Assembly: GCA_945788155.1 (NCBI GenBank)
Contig: CALZKX010000218.1
Location: 46,198-110,197, forward strand
Reading direction: 5' to 3'
Source of the DNA: an uncultured Flavobacteriaceae bacterium
GTDB taxonomy: Bacteria; Bacteroidota; Bacteroidia; Flavobacteriales; Flavobacteriaceae
DNA: 64,000 nt
A model generated the notes under the pieces. The model saw nothing but the letters and a program-made list of their open reading frames with translations. It did not search any database and had not been told where the DNA came from. Each line of letters opens with the position of its first letter. Position 1 is the stretch's first letter. The translations under genes were made by a program, and so were the position numbers. Positions 57,850 to 64,000 of this stretch are shown here, piece after piece.

Positions 57850-60800
57850 ATGAATAAAGTTTTAAAAATTAGTACCCTAATAGTGGTTTTTTTTGCATTT
57901 AATGCTTGTGCAACATACAAGCCACAGTATAAAGGTGATGCTAATTCACAGGATTTTCCTAAGGAAAAAGAAATTGAGCATTCATTTTATTTAATAGGAG
58001 ATGGCGGAAATTCTCCTATTGGCACTAAAACCAAAGCATTAAAAGAATTTAAACTGAAACTTGGTAAAGCAGCAAAAAATAGCACAGCCTTGTTTTTGGG
58101 TGATAATATTTATCCTTCCGGAATGCCAAGCAATAAGCATGAGCAACGTGATTTTGCAGAGCACCAACTAAACGTTCAAACAGAAGCAGTCAAAAATTTT
58201 TCAGGAAACACAATTTTTATTCCAGGCAATCATGATTGGTATAGTGATGGTTTAAAAGGATTAAAACGTCAAGAAAATTATATTGAAGATAAACTTGGGA
58301 AAAACACTTTTTTGCCAGAAAACGGTTGCCCAATTGAAAAAATTGATGTTAGCGATAATGTGGTATTGATAGTTATAGATTCACAGTGGTATTTAACCAA
58401 TTGGGATAAACACCCAACCATTAATGATGACTGCGAAATAAAGACCAGAGCACTTTTTTTTGATGAATACGAAAGCTTAATAAAAAAAGCAAGAGGTAAA
58501 ACCACCATAGTGGCTTTACACCATCCCTTGTTTACAAATGGTTCTCATGGTGGTCAATACTCCTTTAAGAGCCATATGTTGCCATTGCCAGTTTTGGGGA
58601 CTTTAAAAAACCTTATTAGAAAAACTGGAGGCGTAGTGACAGTTGATGATCAAAACAAGAAATATAGAGAGTTTAAAAATCGTTTAGCTACGCTTTCGCA
58701 GGAAAATGACAAAGTGGTTTTTGTTTCTGGGCATGACCATAATTTACAATATCTGGTTCAAGATAATCTTCCTCAAATTATTAGTGGTTCAGGATCTAAA
58801 ACAAATCCTACAAGAAATACAGGCTCGGGAAAATTTTCATTTGCAACACAAGGTTATGCTCAACTGGATGTGTTTAAAGATGGCTCGTCTTATGTGCGTT
58901 TTTTTCAAGCTACAACCAATAAAGTTGTTTTTGAAACTCAAGTTTTAAAACCAAATCAAATAGAAAACCAAACCATATACTCTTCCAATATACCTGCCGA
59001 AAAAACAGCGTCTATTTATACTACTGAGGAAACAACCAAAACCAAAGCATTTAAGAAGTTTTGGGGAAAACGTTATAGAGAATATTTCAGTAAAAATGTA
59101 ACAGTACCAACAGTTAATTTAGACACATTATTTGGAGGCATAAAGCCAACACGAAAAGGTGGAGGACACCAATCTAAATCGTTACGCCTAGAAGATAGCA
59201 AAGCAAGAGAGTATGTAATGAGGGCGTTACGTAAAAACGCCTTACAATATCTACAAGCGGTGGCGTTTAAGGACACTTATATAAAAGGGCAATTTGATGA
59301 TACAACAGCCGAAAATGTGTTACTTGACATATTTACTGGATCACATCCTTATGCGCCTTTTACAATAACCACACTGTCAAAAGCCGTTGGCGTGATGCAT
59401 ACAAACCCCAAATTATATTATGTGCCTAAGCAAGTTGCTTTGGGTACTTATAACAACGAATTTGGAGATGAATTATATATGATCGAAGAACGTGCCGCTG
59501 ATGGACATGGAGATAAGGAGAGTTTTGGGTTTTCCAACGAACTTATAAGTACACATGATATGCTCCGGAAATTGAGGGAAGATGAAGATAACCTTGTTGA
59601 TGAAGCTGCCTATATAAGAGCGCGTTTATTTGATATGCTCATTGGCGATTGGGATAGACACGAAGATCAATGGCGTTGGGCAAAATTTAAAGAAGGTGAT
59701 AAAGTAATTTATAGACCAATGCCTAGAGATCGAGATCAGGCGTTTTCCATAATGGCAGATGGTGCTTTGCTGGGTTTTGCAACCAGAGTAGTTCCTGCAC
59801 TAAGATTAATGCAGTCTTACGATGAAGAATTAAAAAGCCCAAAGTGGTTTAATTTAGAGCCATATCCTTTGGATGTCGCTTTAATAAATCAATCCACAAG
59901 AACCGATTGGAATAAACAAGTACTACATATTATGGAAAACCTAACCAACGAGGTTATAGATAATGCTTTTGCTTATTTCCCAAAAGAAGTTCACGATGAA
60001 ACAATAAAAGAAATTAAGCGTAAATTAATAGGACGAAGAACCAATCTTCAAAACATATCAAACACTTATTACAATCAAGTCAACAAGTACGCAATTATAA
60101 AAGGAACGGATAAAGATGACTGGTTTGAAATAGAGAGGAACAAAAAATTAACTAAAATAACTGGCTATAGAATTCAGCAAGAAAAAAAAGGAGAAATATT
60201 TCATGAACGCACATATTCACATATAGATACTAAAGAAATTTGGATTTATGGCTTAGATGATGAAGATGTTTTTAAAGTATCAGGTAAAGGTGAAAACTTG
60301 ATTAAAATTAGGCTTGTTGGAGGGCAAAATAAAGACACTTATAATGTAGAAAATGGTAATAAAATAAAGATTTATGATTACAAATCTAAAGACAGCAAAT
60401 TTGTAACCAAAAAAGGAAGTAAAAAGCTAACTAATGATTATGAAACCAATGTTTACAATTATAAAAAGCCAGCATATAATTCCAATCAATTAGTACCTTC
60501 AATTGGATCAAATCCAGATGATGGTTTTAAAATAGGCTTTACTAATACCTTTACGGCTTATGGTTTCGAAAGAAACCCTTTTACATCGCAACACATAATA
60601 TCTGCCTCATATTATTTTGCTACCAAAGGTTTTGATATAGCTTACTCAGGGGAATTTGCAAATATAATAGGAAGTGCTAATTTAATTATAAACGCAAAAT
60701 TTACAAGTCCTAATTATGCAATAAACTTTTTTGGATTTGGCAATGAAACTATTAACCCTAATGTTGAATTTGAAGATGTATTCGATTTGGATTACAACCG

Positions 60801-61524
60801 TGTGAAATTAAGAACCTTAAAAATTGCACCTGCCTTACAATGGCATGGTGATTTAGGCTCAAAAGTTAAATTAGGACTATCCTATGAATCTATTGAAGTT
60901 GAAGAAACCAAAGGACGGTTCATCAATACAATTATTGGTGATAATGTTGATGTTTACAATAATTTTGTTGGTACAGAATTGACCTATGGATTTGAAAACA
61001 AAGATAATAACGCATTCCCAACCTTAGGAATGGAGACAAATGTACAAGTAGGTTACAAATTTAATATTGATGACTCAAATGGTTTTGGGTATTTAATTCC
61101 ATCTATTGCTTTTAATTATAGGCTAACTCCCAATGAGCAACTTGTTGTGGCAACAAAATTGGCAGGTCAAATAAATATTGGTGATGATTTTGAATTTTAC
61201 CAAGCAGCCAGTTTAGGAGCCAATAACGGATTAAGAAGTTATAGAAACGAACGCTTTACAGGCAAGAGCTCGTTTGTACAAAGTACAGATCTACGTTTAA
61301 ACCTTAGAAAAGTAAAAACAAGTCTGCTTCCATTTAATATAGGGATTTATGGAGGTTTTGACTATGGACGTGTTTGGGTAGATGGTGAAGATTCCGATAA
61401 ATGGAACAGTTCTTTGGGAGGAGGTCTGTTTTTTAATGGTGCAGGTATGATTGTTGGTAACCTCTCAGTTTTTTCTGGTAATGATGGTTTGCGATTGGGC
61501 TTTAAAATAGGCTTTGGGTTCTAA
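57850..61524 (+). CDS. Metallophosphoesterase lipoprotein fused to Omp85/BamA-like barrel
   Basis: Lipobox NAC, GD, GDNIY, GNHDW, GHDH; amphipathic beta strands ending in F. Confidence 0.85.
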   Translation: MNKVLKISTLIVVFFAFNACATYKPQYKGDANSQDFPKEKEIEHSFYLIGDGGNSPIGTKTKALKEFKLKLGKAAKNSTALFLGDNIYPSGMPSNKHEQRDFAEHQLNVQTEAVKNFSGNTIFIPGNHDWYSDGLKGLKRQENYIEDKLGKNTFLPENGCPIEKIDVSDNVVLIVIDSQWYLTNWDKHPTINDDCEIKTRALFFDEYESLIKKARGKTTIVALHHPLFTNGSHGGQYSFKSHMLPLPVLGTLKNLIRKTGGVVTVDDQNKKYREFKNRLATLSQENDKVVFVSGHDHNLQYLVQDNLPQIISGSGSKTNPTRNTGSGKFSFATQGYAQLDVFKDGSSYVRFFQATTNKVVFETQVLKPNQIENQTIYSSNIPAEKTASIYTTEETTKTKAFKKFWGKRYREYFSKNVTVPTVNLDTLFGGIKPTRKGGGHQSKSLRLEDSKAREYVMRALRKNALQYLQAVAFKDTYIKGQFDDTTAENVLLDIFTGSHPYAPFTITTLSKAVGVMHTNPKLYYVPKQVALGTYNNEFGDELYMIEERAADGHGDKESFGFSNELISTHDMLRKLREDEDNLVDEAAYIRARLFDMLIGDWDRHEDQWRWAKFKEGDKVIYRPMPRDRDQAFSIMADGALLGFATRVVPALRLMQSYDEELKSPKWFNLEPYPLDVALINQSTRTDWNKQVLHIMENLTNEVIDNAFAYFPKEVHDETIKEIKRKLIGRRTNLQNISNTYYNQVNKYAIIKGTDKDDWFEIERNKKLTKITGYRIQQEKKGEIFHERTYSHIDTKEIWIYGLDDEDVFKVSGKGENLIKIRLVGGQNKDTYNVENGNKIKIYDYKSKDSKFVTKKGSKKLTNDYETNVYNYKKPAYNSNQLVPSIGSNPDDGFKIGFTNTFTAYGFERNPFTSQHIISASYYFATKGFDIAYSGEFANIIGSANLIINAKFTSPNYAINFFGFGNETINPNVEFEDVFDLDYNRVKLRTLKIAPALQWHGDLGSKVKLGLSYESIEVEETKGRFINTIIGDNVDVYNNFVGTELTYGFENKDNNAFPTLGMETNVQVGYKFNIDDSNGFGYLIPSIAFNYRLTPNEQLVVATKLAGQINIGDDFEFYQAASLGANNGLRSYRNERFTGKSSFVQSTDLRLNLRKVKTSLLPFNIGIYGGFDYGRVWVDGEDSDKWNSSLGGGLFFNGAGMIVGNLSVFSGNDGLRLGFKIGFGF

Positions 61525-62363
61525 TAAATATCCAATTGGTATATGTTTCCACCATTCACACCTAAGTATTCATCAGTAATTAAAAGCGTGCTGTCATTTT
61601 TAAAAAGCACACTTTCTTTTTGAGACCTGTGCTTAAAATCTATGTGTTTAACATCTCCATTTAGGAAATCGTTCCCTTTAAAATTTGAAAATATATAGAC
61701 ACTACGTTCCGTAAGTAAAACTATTTGGTTTTTTTCATCATTAATATCTGCCGAAGTTACCCAACAACCAAGGTCGCTACAAGTATTAAAAGTAGAAACA
61801 TACTCAGCTTTATGCCGCCCTTTTTTTGCTGGGATTTTATATAAGTTGGTTCTTCCAAAATCTTTTTTGCTTCTACTTTTAGTGAATAAGAATAAACTAT
61901 CGTTATAGAAAATAAACGATTCACAATCAAAATGCATGTCTTTGTTTTTTGGAGGAAATGCTGTTTGTTCAGGATAATAAAAAGAAATTTTTTCAACATC
62001 AATTTTTTTATGCGATTTAAGAGAGTCGTTTAAAACTTTAAGAATGGTAAGGTTTTTTCGTTTGTTAGAATTGTTTCCAAAATCGCCAATGTAAATGTTA
62101 CCATTTTTATCTGATGCTAAATCTTCCCAGTCTCTATTTTTAGCATTAATTTTTATCTGTCTTTTAATTGTACCCAAATTATCTAAGCCATATAGAACAG
62201 GCTTATTCCCACTATCATTTATCATCCACAAAAACTCAGAATAAGCAATTTTTTCTAATCCAGAAGCTTCATTTAACGCCCTTGGTAAATCTGCAATAAC
62301 AGTTAAATTACCTGTATCACAACTTAGAAATGAAATATAAATAAGTGCTATTAGTTTCCTCAC
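61521..62363 (-). CDS. Beta-propeller lipoprotein (SdiA-regulated-like)
   Basis: Lipobox LSC, EASGL, NDSG, DWED, GDFGNN, DCES. Confidence 0.65.
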   Translation of the reverse strand: MRKLIALIYISFLSCDTGNLTVIADLPRALNEASGLEKIAYSEFLWMINDSGNKPVLYGLDNLGTIKRQIKINAKNRDWEDLASDKNGNIYIGDFGNNSNKRKNLTILKVLNDSLKSHKKIDVEKISFYYPEQTAFPPKNKDMHFDCESFIFYNDSLFLFTKSRSKKDFGRTNLYKIPAKKGRHKAEYVSTFNTCSDLGCWVTSADINDEKNQIVLLTERSVYIFSNFKGNDFLNGDVKHIDFKHRSQKESVLFKNDSTLLITDEYLGVNGGNIYQLDIY

Positions 62364-62409
62364 TTTAATTGAATTAAATAATGCTAAATTTACACAGATA
62401 AAATTATAA

Positions 62410-63621
62410 ATGATTAATTACGATGTTATAATAATTGGAGGAGGTGCTGCAGGTTTTTTCGCAGCCATCAATATTGCTGAGTTTAACCCAGATTTAAAAG
62501 TATGTATTTTAGAGCGTGGTAAAGAAGGTTTGCAGAAAGTAAGAATTTCTGGTGGTGGTCGATGCAATGTTACACATGCTGAATTTATTCCATCAGAATT
62601 AGTATTGAATTATCCTCGTGGTGAAAAAGAATTATTAGGTCCATTTCATCAATTTATGACAGGAGATACGATTGAGTGGTTTGCAAAACGTGACGTAGAA
62701 TTAAAGATTGAAGATGATGGCAGAATGTTCCCAATCACGAATTCTTCAAGGACTATTATCGATTGTTTTTTAAATGAAGCTAAAAAGTATAAAATTAAAG
62801 TCCTATATAATCATTCTGTAAAGTCAATACAAAAAGAAGAAAACTATTGGGAATTAGAGACATCTCAAGGTAATTTCTGTTCTGAAAAATTATTAATAAC
62901 AACAGGTAGCAATACAAAAATCTGGAAATTGCTGGAAGGTTTAGGCCATACGATCTCTCAACCTGTTCCATCATTGTTTACATTTGATATAAAAGACCAA
63001 CGCATTAAAGACATTCCAGGAGTTGTGGCTCAAAATGTTGAAATCAAAGTTATTGGAACAGATTTGTGGAGTGAAGGACCTTTATTAGTCACTCACGTTG
63101 GTTTAAGTGCTCCAGCTATTTTAAAATTGTCAGCTTTCGGTGCTTTAGAACTATCAATGCATAATTATCAATTTAAAATAGAAGTTAACTTTATCAGACA
63201 ATCATTTGATGATTGCTTAGATGATTTGAAACAATTAAAGCATGAGTTGACTAAGAAAACAGTATATAAATCCAAACAGTTTGATTTGCCAAAACGGTTA
63301 TGGCACAAATTGGTATTAGCTTCAAATATGAATAAATATACATGCTGGGCAGATATGAATAAATCGCAATTGGAAAATTTGGCTTCACAACTCACACAAG
63401 CAGTTTTTAAGGTGGATGGAAAAAGCACTTTTAAAGAAGAGTTCGTGACAGCTGGTGGAGTAAATTTAAAAGAAATCAATTTTAAAACCTTTGAAAGTAA
63501 ATTACATAACAATTTGTATTTTGCAGGTGAGGTTATTAATGTTGATGCTGTTACTGGAGGATTTAACTTTCAAAATGCTTGGACAGGAGCTTACATTGCA
63601 GCTAGGTCAATATCAAAATAA
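62410..63621 (+). CDS. HI0933/YhiN-family flavoprotein oxidoreductase
   Basis: GGGAAG, SGGGRCNVT, TAGGV, GGFNFQNAW. Confidence 0.93.
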   Translation: MINYDVIIIGGGAAGFFAAINIAEFNPDLKVCILERGKEGLQKVRISGGGRCNVTHAEFIPSELVLNYPRGEKELLGPFHQFMTGDTIEWFAKRDVELKIEDDGRMFPITNSSRTIIDCFLNEAKKYKIKVLYNHSVKSIQKEENYWELETSQGNFCSEKLLITTGSNTKIWKLLEGLGHTISQPVPSLFTFDIKDQRIKDIPGVVAQNVEIKVIGTDLWSEGPLLVTHVGLSAPAILKLSAFGALELSMHNYQFKIEVNFIRQSFDDCLDDLKQLKHELTKKTVYKSKQFDLPKRLWHKLVLASNMNKYTCWADMNKSQLENLASQLTQAVFKVDGKSTFKEEFVTAGGVNLKEINFKTFESKLHNNLYFAGEVINVDAVTGGFNFQNAWTGAYIAARSISK

Positions 63622-63632
63622 AATAGGAATAC

Positions 63633-64000
63633 GTGAAAAAAACAACACTAAAAGATATAGCAAAACAGTTTAATGTATCTATTTCAACGGTCTCTAAAGC
63701 ATTAAGCGATAGTGAGGAAATTAGCGAGGCAACTAGGAAAAAAATTAAAGAATACGCTAAGGAAGTTAATTACAGACCAAATCTCAACGCTTTAAGTCTA
63801 AAAAATAAACGAACAAAAACCATAGGTATTTTAGTGCCAGATATGTTAAACTATTTTTTGGCCCAAGTTTTAAAAGGCATAGAGAAAACAGCCATTGAAA
63901 ATGCATACAAAGTAGTTATTTGTATTACTAATGACTCACACAATAAAGAAAAAGAAATTATTGAAATGCTATCTAATGGAAGCGTTGATGGTTTTATAAT
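63633..64000 (+). CDS. LacI-family transcriptional regulator (partial, runs off window)
   Basis: GTG start, TTLKDIAKQFNVSISTVSKAL...YRPN..A.SL. Confidence 0.9.
   Translation, partial: MKKTTLKDIAKQFNVSISTVSKALSDSEEISEATRKKIKEYAKEVNYRPNLNALSLKNKRTKTIGILVPDMLNYFLAQVLKGIEKTAIENAYKVVICITNDSHNKEKEIIEMLSNGSVDGFI

Noticed and set aside
1326-63673. Numerous 60-130 aa antisense or nested ORFs in the ORF track
   Set aside because: They lie within longer motif-supported genes and show no recognisable motifs

Overview
AT-rich Bacteroidota DNA, most likely Flavobacteriaceae. Bases 1 to ~52,400 are the right-hand part of an integrative conjugative element (ICE). It contains relaxase and coupling genes, a compact tra operon, a Rep/ATPase/Xis/RteC module and a tyrosine integrase, and it ends at a displaced 3' fragment of tRNA-Leu(TAG). 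The ICE carries many candidate defence genes: a PIN plus Zn-ribbon protein, an ART-like/Ser-Thr kinase/TPR trio, a nuclease-STAND-TPR (Avs-like) gene paired with a prohead-protease-like protein, and a CapV/CD-NTase/E2 CBASS extended by a cyclase-like gene and a frameshifted AbiV. It also carries a PLP-synthase-GNAT/PAS-AraC/RteC module that may be a small-molecule signalling circuit, an ECF-FecR-SusC-SusD-peptidase locus with a long structured leader, and a short array of integron-like cassettes without an integron integrase. Bases ~52,450-64,000 look chromosomal: GAF protein, HD/Pycsar-effector fusion, msrB/msrA, phosphoesterase-barrel protein, HI0933 flavoprotein and a LacI regulator. All calls come from reading motifs by eye; no database searches were run.
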